From the NCBI GenBank assembly GCA_964270895.1, contig OZ185448.1: a DNA stretch of 64,000 nt; one strand, 5' to 3'. The translations under genes were made by a program, and so were the position numbers. Shown here in pieces: positions 10,501 through 22,259 of this stretch. Origin of the DNA: Podarcis filfolensis. Its lineage: Eukaryota. Below the pieces are notes generated by a model, which worked only from the letters and a program-made list of their open reading frames with translations, had not been told where the DNA came from and ran no database searches. Numbering within the stretch: the stretch's first letter is position 1; every line of letters starts with the position of its first letter.

Positions 10501-13500
10501 TCTGTGCCCAAGACTCTTCTTTTCCCTCCCTGGTTGCTGATACATTGAACTGATACATTGAAAAATTAATTCATTATGTATTCTGATTATTGCAGATACA
10601 GTTTCTGGAAATATGTTTTCAGAGAAGCTGAAAGAAGAATCTATCCCTGCTCCGCGATCTGCCAGTAGCATTGAAATAAAATTCACCCCTCGCGTCTTTC
10701 CTACAGCTCTCAGAGAATCCAGGGTTCCAGAAGAGGAGGAGGTAGGGAGACCCAGCCGCTCTGCTGTGGCTTCAAGGCATGCTGAGGAGCTGCAGTTGTA
10801 GAGTGGGGTGTGGCCTCCAGCATTATTTTAACCACTTTAGAAAAAAGAATCTGGATAGACAATCCCACATGTAGAAAGCGAAAAATAAAGGTACTTTGAA
10901 AAGGTCATAAAGTGATGTGGACTTTAAATGGAGGGAGAGGATTTGTCCTACTGATTGCTAATGATGTCATAGATACTGTCCAATAGGGGCCAGTGACACT
11001 TCTTCAGTCATGTTCCTCACAGCAATTGAAATTGCAATGTTTGGGCTAGCTGCAGACAGGAAAGCATGTTCTCCTGTCAGTGAAATGTTGGCAATGAAAT
11101 AGCCCCACAACACACACGGCAAATTGAGGGAAGACTTCAGCCATTGAGCATTAACTGCGCACTTATGATGTTGTAAACTGATGGTCTGGAAAGGCCTGTA
11201 TGTCATTAATTCAGAGGGCACTGGAAGCAGGCTGCAAACAAAGGGAAAGGAGAGTGTTTTTTGTGGAATGTGGTTTTCTTTATGAATGTATGCATGTACT
11301 GCCATGACTTGTAAAAGTCAGCAGTGCCTGTTCACCCAAAGGGATTATGACAATGACCCTTACCACAAATTAGAGCAAAAGTAATGCACAAACACTGCAG
11401 AGAAACTGTAGGCAATGCTTCTCTGGAGGTACTGATTTTCTATCACAAAAGACACAAGCAAACAAGCCTGAGTTAACTGAAAGTTATCAACAGCCACTGG
11501 CCATAATAACTCAGTGGAACTTTCCATGTGCAGAGGCCCCCTTCCTCCATACAAGGGGAAAGCAAATGACAAGGGAGGGTGTTGGTTCCAGGCCCTGCCT
11601 GTGGGCTCCCCAGAACTACTTGGTCTGCCACTGTGGGAAGAAGCAGGATGTTGAGCTAGGTGGACCCACCTTGACCTGATCAATTTGGGCTCTTCTAGCA
11701 TTCTGGAACCCTTTGGAAGTCAAATGCCAATACACTTGGTGTTCAGTATTGTTGCCATACACTGGCATATTCACTTACATTTGCTAAATAGGGCAATTGA
11801 ATATACTTGTACTGTTTTAGGCACAAAGCACTGCACATATCTTTTATTCACAGTGGCTATGTAAGCAAGCAGAAGCTCGCAGAATCATAAATTCAGACAT
11901 TGCTGAGCTAGAAGATTTAAAAGAAGAGGAGAAGAATCCAGATTGGTTGAAAGACAAAGGAAAGTGCGTTTGGATGTTGCTTCAAAGGATGTGTAAAATC
12001 ACTTTTATCTCACATGTAATAATGGCTTGCTGTTTATGGGGGAAAGGGAATGAAGTAGCAACAAGTTGGATGGGCAGTGTATGTGTGTTTGTGGTTCAGA
12101 GCAGGCTTTTGCGATTCTTCTCAAACTCTGCCAGAATGGCAACAATTACGAATCCCGGTTGGGAGTCCTAGAAGTAAAATTTAGTTGGATACAACCCCTA
12201 GTCCTTTTGGAAATTTAATACAGTAACTAGACTCTTCTGTATACTCTTATCTTTTTAGTAAAATGTTTGCAACGGGAAATTATCTTGCCGCTGTCAATGC
12301 CTATAATTTGGCAATTCGTATCAGTAATAAGATTCCAACATTGTACTTGAACCGAGCTGCCTGCCACCTTAAGCTGAGAAATCTACACAAGGCAATTGAA
12401 GATTCCTCAAAGGTATTTGCTTTTATCAAAGCTTTCAGGTCTGTAGCAAAACTCTGTATCACATTCATTTGTCGCCCTACTGTGCCTATACAAGCCTTAC
12501 AGTATTCTGTGCAATACTGTTATTGTTTAACACCGAGTAATTATAATTTCATCAAATATCAACATTTCCCAAAATTGACACCCAACATACTGAAATTCTG
12601 TAAAAATCTGTTGTGCCATCATCTAGGTTTGCTGGAACTTTATTAGAATTTGCTGTCTGCCATAGATTTTTGTTTGTTTGTTTCATGAGAATATTTGTAA
12701 GCTGACTTGAGAGCCTCTTGGGGCTATAAAGCAGGATATAAAATATATATAATAAAATTGGCTGATGCCACTGTGTTGGGATTACAAAACAGTTGGGTTC
12801 AAGGGCAAATTCGTGCTCTCTCCCCCCCCCTTTGTGTGTGTCACTCGTAAGGGTGAATGTGCACTATGCAGCTGTCAACTGATAAGACTGGTTTTGCTAC
12901 TTTAAGCAAGGGTCTGATACTGTCCTTGCCTGCAGCCTGCAGTGGTTTTCTTACCAGTCTACTTACTGCCCTCTTCTATTATTATAATCTGCTAATTTAT
13001 ATGTCTCTTAATGTCCACATGGCTTCTAAGTGGTTTACAAAATATGAAAACTAATTGCACAATGTTGTTAAAATGCAGCAAAATGAAAAATACACCATTA
13101 TTAAAATACATATTAAAATAATCCCAGTAAAAATGTCAAAATATAAATGGCTGTAGCTCAGTAGTGGAGCTTCTGCTTTGCATGCAAAACCAGCATGAGA
13201 GCCATCATGATGTGGTTAGAGTATTGGACCAGGGGGTGAATCCTCGCTTGGCCGTGACCCTTACTGGATGACCTTGGACCAGTCACTGCCTCTCAGCCTA
13301 GTCTACTTCACAGGGTTCATGTGGGGGTTAAATGAGGAGGAGAACCATGTAAACTACCTTGAGTTCCTTGGAGGAAAAGGTGGCATATGAATGATGATGA
13401 TGATGGTGAAGAAGAAGAATAGGCCCCATGTTCAGTTCTTGGTGGCATCTCCAGGTAGGGCTGAAAGAGACTCCTGCCTGAAACTCTGAGAGCTCTGGAG

Positions 13501-15939
13501 AGCTGCTTCCAGTCAGTGTCAATAATGCTGAGCTAGATGGACCAATGGTCTGACTCAGTATAAAGCAGCTTCCTTTTCTATAGTGAAAATATACAGTAAA
13601 ACAGTTGGGCAGTTAAAGCAAGAGAGCTGCGGTCTGTGCCCATTTGTGCACCAGGTAGCAATATGCTGCCAGTGCCGGATTTACATAAAAGCTAAACAAG
13701 CTATATCTTAGGGCCTCTAATTGTGATAGTGATTAAAAAAAATAAAAAATACAGATACCCACTAAGACTTCAGACACCTCAGCCAAGGCTCAGCTTGTTT
13801 TGTTTGTGCTCCAGGGTGGTCCTGCAGAGAGCTACTTGACATGTTTGTGTCTCTGCAAATGAAGGCAAGGAACCTGATAGATTTGAAAACAAATGCTGGC
13901 AAATGCTTGTGTGAGTTGTACACTGTCTTCAAGGGACAGCTAAGCTGACTTCCAAACTTGTGTGTTTTATTTTTCAAGGCCCTGGAATTACTGACTCCTC
14001 CTGTTCCTGACAATGCTAATGCTAGAGTGAAAGCTCATGTGAGGCGTGGGACAGCATTCTGTGGACTGGAATTGTATGCTGAAGGTAGAGGAAAGATACA
14101 TGCTGAAGATAACATTCCTGCATTTGTTGGGATTTATTGTATGATATGAACAAGACTTTGTTAATCTGTACTTTTTATTTTGCTTGTTCATCCAGAAAGT
14201 TAAATCTTTTAAAATTTTAGTTTTGTTTTATTTATGGAGATGGGATGATGCAATACAAGGCATTCGCTGGACTCAAAATAGACCTAATGACATCAGCGGA
14301 CTTAATGAACTTCTGCCCATTGATTCAGTAGGTCCACTTTGAATTATTTGCATAGATCACCCTCAGTCTGTTAACACACTGTTACCCGCAACCAATAGGA
14401 ACAAAACCACAAAAGTGGTTCTTTCTACAAGTACTATTCCCGTTAGATGAAATCTTTAAGTATATCGGACAGTGTGTTGCATTGGAACGCTTTATTTTCT
14501 AAACTAGCTTTCTTTGCCCGATGTAAAAGTGAACAGAAAAGTCTTCTGTATCTTTCTTTCCTTTTACAAGTAGTTTCTCTCTTTGTAAATATATTTGTTT
14601 GCTACCTTGTTTCCTTTAGCTTTACTGTACATCTAATTTGGAGCTTAACAAAATGCTTCCTTACTTCAATCTGCTTTCATCATTTCTAGCACCTGTAGAT
14701 TCCTGTAGTAAAGTTGCTATATTTTGCCTTTAGCTGTATTTTCCTTGTCCAGTACATTTCCCCAAAGAAAATTATGTAATACTTCTTCCTAAATTTCTGG
14801 GCATTGGAAGGTGAGCAGCCATTATGTCCCACTTCTCCCCTCCAATGTAGCACAAAGTAAGTCAAAAGACAAGGCACCAAAACACCCATTTCCCTGTTTA
14901 TTCACTCCATGCAGGTGCTTTTGAGAAAAAAGAAATGCACAGCTTCTCAGCCAACTACACATAACCATAGTTTTATCAGTGACTCAGCACAGTCGTGTTC
15001 CTGTTGTCAATATCTAGAAATCTAACTTGCAGTTCTGCAAAGTACTGGTTTTTTTATGGGTGGTTGCGGGGAGCCTTTGGGTTCCGAGTCAAACCTGAAG
15101 AGCAGGTATTGCTTGTATTGTGCTTTAGAGATTTCCTTGCCTGTAAATACCATTGTTTATTAAAGGAAAATCTGTCCGTCTGTTTCCCAGGTCTTGCTGG
15201 TATAAAGACTCTATGCTAAAGGAAGTGTAGAACAGCAACAATAAAGTAGGGTACTCCCAATGGCCTCTGAAAATGTCCCAGCTAGGCCATGTTATATGAC
15301 TAAGAAGCACATTCTGTATTGGTCAGCAAGACAATCTAACTCCTGGCCAGGCAGCAGCAGGGTGCAATGAAGTGGTAGAGCCAGGGCTGCATCCCCATTG
15401 CTCACATTATCCAGGAAAGATGGTGGAGGGGAGTACAAATGGTAGAACCAGTGGATCTCAGGCCACCAACTCAGCCCTTTCCCATACCTCCATTTGGGGC
15501 TTTGGGGATCCCACAGGCAGAAGAGGAGTTTTGGATTGCAGCCCAAGGCTATAATCCAGGGATGTAACTCCAGATGTTGTTGGACTCCCAATTCTTAGTA
15601 GTCCCCCTAGCATGGCCAGTGGTCAAGGATAGTGGGCTATCCAGCAGCATCTGGAGGGCCTTAGGTTCTTCACCCCCAGTGCAATCCTATACATACAGTA
15701 CTTACCTGTGATTAAACCCCTTTGAATACAGGACTTGCTTGTAAGTCAATATGCACAAAAGTAGATGCATCTTCTAATTCTACTTTATAGTCTTTTGCTG
15801 CCATTCTATGATTAAAATGCATGCTAAATTAACCCTAGGTCTCCAAGATTATATTGCTGCTCTCAAGATTGAGCCCACAAACAAAAATGTAGAAGATGAT
15901 GCTGAGAAGATTCGACGCATAATTCAAGGAAATGAATGA
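4240..15939 (+). CDS. DNAAF4: Dynein axonemal assembly factor 4 (DYX1C1); N-terminal CS/p23 domain and C-terminal TPR; 416 aa
   Basis: Coding exons: 4240-4362, 5203-5350, 8365-8498, 9343-9571, 10596-10741, 11854-11963, 12259-12412, 13979-14084, 15839-15939. All introns are GT-AG with consistent phase; 1251 nt in total. Peptides [62 protein letters not shown] and [11 protein letters not shown] match recalled human DNAAF4. Confidence 0.97.
4617..4980 (-). mobile_element. tRNA-Ile-like/CR1-tailed SINE split by an L2-type 3' fragment
   Basis: Head at 4980-4907 (TTAGAGCGTGGTGCTGATAACGCCAAGG...) and CR1-like tail at 4681-4617. They are separated by about 225 nt ending in GGGCGGTATATAAATTCAATAAATAGTAATAA. 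Confidence 0.6.
5660..6477. mobile_element. Non-autonomous hAT-like DNA transposon carrying a nested Sauria SINE
   Basis: Termini are CATGGGCGTAGC and GGCTGTGCCCATG. The 8-bp flanks CCCCTTTC and CCCCCTTC match at 7 of 8 positions. Confidence 0.6.
5916..6279 (+). mobile_element. Sauria SINE, full length
   Basis: The head is GGGACGCGGGTGGCGCTGTGG, the body contains GGCCACGTGACCCGGAAG, and the tail is (ACCTTT)n. It is homologous to the copy at 8589-8937. Confidence 0.9.
8589..8937 (-). mobile_element. Sauria SINE, full length, with long target-site duplication
   Basis: Starts TAAAGGTAAAGG (reverse tail) and ends GCGTCCC (reverse head). AATATTATACCTACTGACAATATTATA is present at both 8564-8590 and 8950-8976. 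Confidence 0.9.
13149..13580 (+). mobile_element. tRNA-Ala-like SINE interrupted by a second (MIR/L2-tail type) SINE
   Basis: The head GGCTGTAGCTCAGTAGTGGAGCTTCTGCTTTGCATGCA is at 13149-13189. An insert at about 13197-13420 ends in an (ATG)n(GAA)n tail. The host resumes at 13421 with GGCATCTCCAGGTAGGGCTG...GAGCTAGATGGACCAATGG. Confidence 0.7.
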
Positions 15940-15954
15940 TTCGTGGAGGTGGAG

Positions 15955-16171
15955 AATAAAAATTTGGTGATCAGCTATCATGTCCATGATAGTAATGTTG
16001 ATACTTATCCTTGGAAGATATTTTATTGGTGTATTAAATAAGTAGTTGGATATTCCTCTTCTTTAGTTCAAGTATAGTAGTTAACATTTTGAGGGCCTTT
16101 ATATTATAAGAATAAAATATAAAATGCTTTCTTAAACTTAGAACACATTTTTTCTTATCTTGCACAATAAA
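15955..16171 (+). terminator. DNAAF4 polyadenylation signals
   Basis: AATAAA at 15955, 16111 and 16166, downstream of the TGA at 15937-15939. Which one is used cannot be determined. Confidence 0.55.
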
Positions 16172-17465
16172 CAAATAGAAAACCTAACTTTGCTTAAGTT
16201 TGGATTTGTTTTAAAACTTGGGGAAAATAACTTGTAGTGTTAGATCATATTGCATAATATATGAAATATGATGTCACAATTCATAAGGTGATAGAATTAA
16301 TAGCCACTAGTCTACATAGCTTTTCAGTGATAAGAGGTATACCCTCTTGAAGGTATACTCCCTTGAAGAAAACCTCACCAAAAATACATGCCACTTCTAT
16401 TTATTTCTAAAAATCAAATTCTAATGTGCAATATGTAAGATACACTGTAATCAAAGCCTATTTGTTCCTCTGTAAAAATCCATAACCCAACATTATTGAA
16501 AGGTTTAATCAGAAAACTGTAGGCTTATAAGAATGTTTCTGTTGTGTCAGTTCTCCAGGGGACTCCATGACCCTCCTTTTCTTCTTTGGCTTTGTTTATT
16601 GCCATGCAGAAGATGGCTTAACTGAAGGCTTAAGAACATTCGTCAATTCAAAATGTGCCTCAGTGATCCCTCTCTTAACATGAGAAGTGGTACTCCTTGA
16701 GCTACAATGTCCTGAAGCTTGTTATTTCTTGGATTTGTAGGGCTTGGTCCTCTTACAAACTACTAAAGTACTCCCTTTCTGGTATATTTGTATAACCATT
16801 TGCATAGTTATAGGGCTGGCAAAAAGACGTACATGAAAAATGTTTTTGAATATGGAAAAGTCCTCAATCCTACTGGAAAAACACCAAAAAGATTTGTTTT
16901 GTTTTGTTAATCCCATGCAACATTTTGTCTCTAGTTCTAATTCCTGATATGAAGAAGAAAACTCAAGTTGGTGAGAGGTGCACTTCTTGATGCCAGCAAC
17001 CCTTTAGGGAGCCAGCACAAAAACCTGCCGGTAGTTCTCACTAAGATTAAAAAAAAGTAGTGTCTGTGCAGCATCACCACAGACTGCACTTGGGGGCTCT
17101 AAAAACTGAATGCTTCTCCATACCAAAGCCAGCGTGGCAGTGTCCTGCATATTTAAAAAACAAACAGCTACATCAGGGAAGTCTAGGATTAAACCTTCTC
17201 CCCAACATACATAATAGAGAGGAGCATTAAATCATGCAAGTTTTCACCTGCATTCAGATATTAGTCTCTTACCTCAGTAAAAACTAGATCTTAGAATTCC
17301 ATTTGATGAAAGATCTCCTGACTTAATTTGCTAGCATACTTAATAGGATGTTGAACCACGTATTTTTACTGGTATGGCCTTATTGAAATCAGACTTACTT
17401 TCAATAAAGATGTTTCAGTATTAGATTATTAAACAAAAAAGCCAGACTGTTACTCTCTTATTTGC

Positions 17466-17471
17466 TTTATT
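17466..17471 (-). terminator. PIERCE2 polyadenylation signal
   Basis: Plus-strand TTTATT lies about 30 nt past the PIERCE2 stop codon. Confidence 0.5.
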
Positions 17472-17501
17472 ATTTTAACAGATAACAAAAACACACTGAT
17501 T

Positions 17502-17855
17502 TTATAAAGTGTGCATAAGATCTGAGTGATCACAAACTTTGCTTTTGTCAGTGCCAGTGTTAATACCATTAAATCGTGTCATCCCACAAGTAAACAAATG
17601 ATTTGTGAAAGTATTGTCCTTTGGACAGAATTTACAAGGTACCATTTGTGTGGTAGGCGGTATAGCACCGTATTCACCTGATGTTGTTTTATAGAGCAAA
17701 AGCTGGGGCTTAGTTAAGAAATTGCTAGAGGTGAGAGTCTTTGCCTCCAACATACAGGAAAACACAGGATTGCCAGGGTTTGCACATGGACGCCACTGGA
17801 CAGAGGCTGTGTTCTTTGCACCACCCCTTGGTTTTGTTTCTGGCTCAGAAGTCAT
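17502..17855 (-). CDS. PIERCE2: Piercer of microtubule wall 2 (C15orf65), ciliary microtubule inner protein; about 117 aa
   Basis: PCANPGNPVFSCML...KPQLLLYKTTSGEYG...NGINTGTDKSKVCD...HTL matches recalled human PIERCE2. The acceptor TTCTACTTTTGCACAG opens the exon at 17864. The first in-frame ATG is at 17855 (AAAATGA); the ORF-track start at 17897 is intronic. Confidence 0.9.
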   Translation of the reverse strand: MTSEPETKPRGGAKNTASVQWRPCANPGNPVFSCMLEAKTLTSSNFLTKPQLLLYKTTSGEYGAIPPTTQMVPCKFCPKDNTFTNHLFTCGMTRFNGINTGTDKSKVCDHSDLMHTL

Positions 17856-18740
17856 TTTCAGTTCCTGTGCAAAAGTAGAAAAATTAAGAGGTTCCATAAG
17901 AGCATAGGTAGTTAAATGACATATTTAAATCTAGCTTTATAGATGGTTCACTTTTAGAAACTGAGCTGGCACAGCAAGGAGGTAAATCCTGTTGAGCTCA
18001 ATGAAACAACTTCTTCTTCTTCTTGAAATTTGTATAGCACACTATATCTGTAGATTTCTGGCAGGTTCACAACATAAAATTACAATATAAAAAGCACACG
18101 ATACATAATAAAAACAAAAACAAAGATAACTCAATAATCCCCCCTTCCACAACACATTTAAAAGAGCATTGGATGTCAGTCAGCCATACTATTTTTTATT
18201 ATGAGTGGAAGTATTTAGGACCAACTGAGGTGCTTGATGCTTGCATGGTTGTCTTCCTTAAATGCAAGTGACTTGGAAAAACCTTTACTCCTCATTGAAA
18301 GGAGCCCAGCTACAGATTTAAGGGACCCAGTGTGACCTTTGTAGCCCCAGTGAAGTTCCTCTGAGCTATATGCTGTCACAAACTGATTGGCTTGGCTCAG
18401 AACTACTCATACCTAAGAGCTCAGTGTCCTGTATTTTTGTCTCATATCTCAGAAAGAAATGTACTCTTAAAAAACCCCAACAACCTCAATTTCTAAAAAA
18501 ATAATGCTCTGTTCTGCTTCTTAATACCGATTTACAAGATACTACTAAAAGGAGAAAAGCGGCAGGGAGCACCGCTCCTAAAAATGCCGTTCTTTGCTGT
18601 GATGTAGGCAGCTAGCTAGGCCAGGCGAGCGAGTCGTCTGTCCCCCATTCTCCCACTACAGCCGCTGGGCTTTGAGGGCCAGGCTCCGCCGAGGGGCCCC
18701 AAGAGCGCCAGCCTTGCCGGGGAGGCACCCCGCTCCTTAC

Positions 18741-18850
18741 CGGCCGGCGGCGAGAGCTCGGGCCTTCCGACAGCGAAGGATGCTGATGCTGCGCCGGGCT
18801 GGCGGCGTCACCATGGCAACTGCCTCAGCATCTCCACACATCACGCGTCC
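18741..18850 (-). other. PIERCE2: Probable first (non-coding or uORF-bearing) exon of PIERCE2; 5' end uncertain
   Basis: The donor CG|GTAAGG at 18741/18740 lies inside the CpG island, giving an 876-nt intron to the acceptor at 17865. No upstream ATG is in frame with exon 2. Confidence 0.5.
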
Positions 18851-19039
18851 CGCGCCGCGTCGGCGCACCCTTTGTTGACTCAGCGTCCGGGACTCCGCCA
18901 GCGCTGGCCCCGCCCCTCAGCGCCCGCGGCTCCTTGGGGCCTGTAGTCCCCGCGCGCCTCCCTCGGCCGCTGCGCCTGGCAGAGGCGAACTACCGCTCCC
19001 AGGGTTCCTCCGGGCCCCGCGGGAATGCGCAGGCGCACT

Positions 19040-19219
19040 GCTCGCCCCCGCCTTTCCGGCTGCTTGTTTGTTGTTCTGGCGAAGGAAGGAGGCGGCGGCG
19101 GCGGCGGCCGTGACAGCAGCAGCAGCAGCAGCGGGAGCAGCCCGGCCCGAGCGCGCCTCACCTTCCCCGGCCTCTGCCCCTCCTGAGCCCCTCGCCCTCA
19201 GGGGGCCGGGCTCGCTCAG
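19040..19219 (+). other. CCPG1: Probable non-coding exon 1 of CCPG1; 5' end uncertain
   Basis: The donor CAG|GTAGGC is at 19219/19220 in the CpG island. The first coding exon has an acceptor at 23745 and only 11 nt of UTR. Confidence 0.5.
19091..19132 (+). repeat. Adjacent (GGC)6 and (CAG)6 trinucleotide tracts in the putative CCPG1 5' UTR
   Basis: Read directly from the sequence: 19091-19108 and 19114-19132. Confidence 0.9.
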
Positions 19220-19444
19220 GTAGGCCCGGCCGGGAAGGTCTCCTCGCCATCGGGCACCTGCGCCCTTTGGCCAGCCAGGCCCCCGAGAGGCCTCGGGAGG
19301 GGGCGGGCAGGTCTACTCGGGAGGAAGCGGGCTTCGGAATGCTGCCTCCCCGCGAGGCGCCGGGGAAACGCTCCCTGCTGCAGGCCTCGCTGTCTTCGGC
19401 CGGCCGAGGGACAAGCCGCGCTTTGCAGTTCAGGGGTTTCCAAA

Positions 19445-19615
19445 CATAGCTGTCAACTTTCAGATTGTAGGGCTTTCATAGCCTCAGATTGTAGATCAGC
19501 AGCCTCACCTGTCCCGGGGACAGTCTACGGGATATCTAACAATCCGGGATAGCAGCGGGAAGCGGCGCTGGAATAACGGAATTTCCCGCAAAAAAAGGGA
19601 AGGTTGACAGCTATG
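19445..19615. mobile_element. hAT-type MITE
   Basis: 13-bp TIR CATAGCTGTCAAC / GTTGACAGCTATG with a perfect 8-bp TSD, TTTCCAAA. A related copy lies at 52738-52827. Confidence 0.9.
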
Positions 19616-19779
19616 TTTCCAAAGCAGAGGCGCCTCTGGATTAGTGGCTGGTTGGCCCTTCGCTGAACTGGAACTTTTGAGAATAGCACAGAGTCGCACA
19701 ATTATTTCGCTCCCCGAGTGCAACTACTCCGAAGCCTCCCCTTGGCGCAGGTGGAGGTGGGTGACAACTTGGCTCCTTC

Positions 19780-20340
19780 AGGGGAAGGTGAGGCTGCAGC
19801 AGCATCCCCTGCCTGTCCTTCTCTCAGCTGCTGCAGAGGGTCTTGGGATTCCCAGGCTGGCCCTGGAGAGTGTTTTGCTCTGTGACAGCTGACTCAGGAG
19901 AGGCGCTGCTGGTTCTTGACCAGTGCCTGGATGCAGTGGTGGGCTGGGTGAATCCTGACAAGGCAGTTGCTGTGGGAATTGGTTGCCTGCCCAATGGAGT
20001 TGAATTGCCCCTTAAGGAGCACATGTGTCATCTAGGGGGACTCTTAGATCCAGCGTTGGTGATGGAGGCTCATGTTGCTTCCATGGCTAGGAGTGCCTAT
20101 AGGCCAGCCATTCCTGTGGCCCATGCATTGGTCTTATCCAGTGGCGTAGCGTGGGGGTGCAGGGGGGGCCGGCCGCACCGGGCGCAACATCTGGGGGTTA
20201 GGGTTAGGGGGCGCAAATCCACGAGTTAGGGGTGCAAATTACTTGCCTTGCCCCGGGTTCTGACAACCCACGCTACGCCACTGGTCTTATCATAGTTTGT
20301 TTACGGCCATGTGCTTTATTTGGGGCTGTATTTGGGCTTT
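19780..20340 (+). mobile_element. Degenerate L2-type LINE ORF2 C-terminal remnant
   Basis: The translation QCLDAVVGW-VNPDK...LPLKEHMCHLGGLLDPALVMEAHVASMARSAY resembles the L2 post-RT region. The boundaries are approximate. Confidence 0.65.
20139..20283. mobile_element. hAT-type MITE inserted in the L2 remnant
   Basis: Perfect 17-bp TIR CAGTGGCGTAGCGTGGG with a perfect 8-bp TSD, GTCTTATC. Confidence 0.92.
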
Positions 20341-22259
20341 GTTTGGAAAGTGAAGCTGGTGAGTGGGGTAGCTAGCTGAAAATGTATAGCAGTTCTAAAG
20401 GAAGAGCATTGGAGGCCAGTTAACTACTGAGTCAGGTTCAAGACACATGTGTTGGCTTAGGACCTAGGTATTTTCTGATCCCTTGCCTCACAGATTTAGC
20501 TGACACCAACCCTGATAAATTTCAGGCAATTTAGTAAAGACATTTTTATTTGCTTTGGCATTTGGTTAGTTGATTGAAGGAGATGTTGCAGTTCTGTGAC
20601 ATCATTTAGGATTGATTTTAATGAAGATCAAGAACCTAAATGAAATAAGTAGCACACTTGTAACTAGATGTACTTTGATGGGAAGCTAACATTCCTCTTG
20701 ACCTCTGGTCAGAGGGTGTGATGGACAACATGGGGAAATTAGTTTCTTTCTTCCTAGGAGAGAGGCCCAAAACAGAATCCTAATCAGGGAACAGCCCTGC
20801 CATATTTTAGACATTTTCCCATTAATTTAAAAGATTTTTCTAAAAATTGCCAGAGGTGACTGCCTGAATCACTATTAAAACAATGCAACAATTTAAAAGC
20901 TAAACTGTAAGGAGTATAAAACAGTAAGATAAATCATTACCTATACAAACTAGAGTGTTCCTTGGTGGGGTGTAATTATAGCATCCCTGCAAATCAGTTT
21001 CTGGAAGCTGCTAGCCCACCAACCCACAAATTCATGTGTTAAGATATTTGTGTTTTAGAAGGGAATGACTTTCATGGCTGGTTACCTGGAATAACTTCTC
21101 CCTTGCTGCTAAGGCAGTAGCTAATCAAGTGGCTTTAGAAGTACAAGTTGTACAAATAAAAAAAATACAGAGTGATCAGTAGCAGCCATTGTATGCAAGA
21201 TTGATAATCAGTTAACATCCTTTAACGTTAAAAAGACATAATGGCTCTGCTTGTTGACTTGCTGTCTGTTTTAATACTCTGCACAAGAATGACTATTCCA
21301 CCTGACTTCATTGCCCTGGGACTACTTTGCATCTGTTTCCATAGGTATAAGACAAGCCCCTTAGAAGTGGAGGAAGGGGCAAGGCAATGTCAATCTCTTC
21401 CTGCAGAGTGATGCCACTCGTGCTGAGATCCCTGTTCTGTCTTCTAAGTGGGGAGGTGGACAGAAACCCGCCACAAGCCCTGAAACAGAGAGGGGCTGAG
21501 CTGACTTGGGATTTGTTGGTTCCCAAGTAGACCCTACTGATTTGCTTCTACTTTCTGCCCTAGGTGACAAGAGTGGGCAGGCTGTGGGTGTGGTGGTGGC
21601 GGCCCTGTCACTTTGGTTAAGCACTGCTCCTGCCCAGCTGAGGTTTGGTTTGCAGCTGTATCCGGGAGTAAGCAAACACAGTGGAGGTCAGCATGCATAG
21701 GGTTGGGCTGCCCCCATTTTAAACACTGGAGCTGAGGGATGACAGAAAAACCTGTTATGTGAAGTAAGGCTTTCAGCAGATTTCATTAGCACTGGGCTGT
21801 GGTTGGAGTTTGAAAGAGCTAATATTCTGCCTATATCCAAGAAAGATCAAATTGCTGAAGGTAGTAGAGCTGTTAGGTTATTTTCAGTGGCAGATAAGGC
21901 TTAGAATAATAAATGTTAAAGTGGATGTTCACTGTGGGTGGAATAAAAGATCAGTGTGTTTCTGGAGAAAGGGAATGTACTGCACTCAGTCCCATGAAAT
22001 TTCAACTTCCTACTCTTTGAAAACCCATTCCATATAGAGTTGTCTGCAACAAGCTCTCCTGTCAAAGATGAACTCTCCATCTGCACCAGGGGCTAGCAAG
22101 GAACTGTTTGGCCAAGTCCTTGCAAACTCCAAACTGGAGAGTCTCCACTGTGCAGGGCATAGACAGTTATGAGAAATGAGCTGCCCCTCAGGTAGCTGGC
22201 CCAGCATTGCTGACCTCCAGGTTCCTGGGAGCACAAGTTAAAAACCACTGCTCTAGTCA

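Larger units (their letters stand above)
18600..19620. promoter_or_regulatory. Bidirectional CpG-island promoter for PIERCE2 (-) and CCPG1 (+)
   Basis: CpG-dense region. Motifs: X-box GTCACCATGGCAAC 18807-18820, ZNF143/SBS-like AACTACCGCTCCCAG 18988-19002, and NRF1-like TGCGCAGGCGCA 19026-19037. Confidence 0.8.

Noticed and set aside
16722-16916. Minus-strand ORF after a polypyrimidine-AG, possible alternative last exon of PIERCE2
   Set aside because: There is no suitable donor in PIERCE2 exon 2, and PIERCE2 already has a conserved stop and a nearby AATAAA.
17865-17897. ORF-track N-terminal extension MEPLNFSTFAQ of PIERCE2
   Set aside because: It is the polypyrimidine tract and AG acceptor of the intron.
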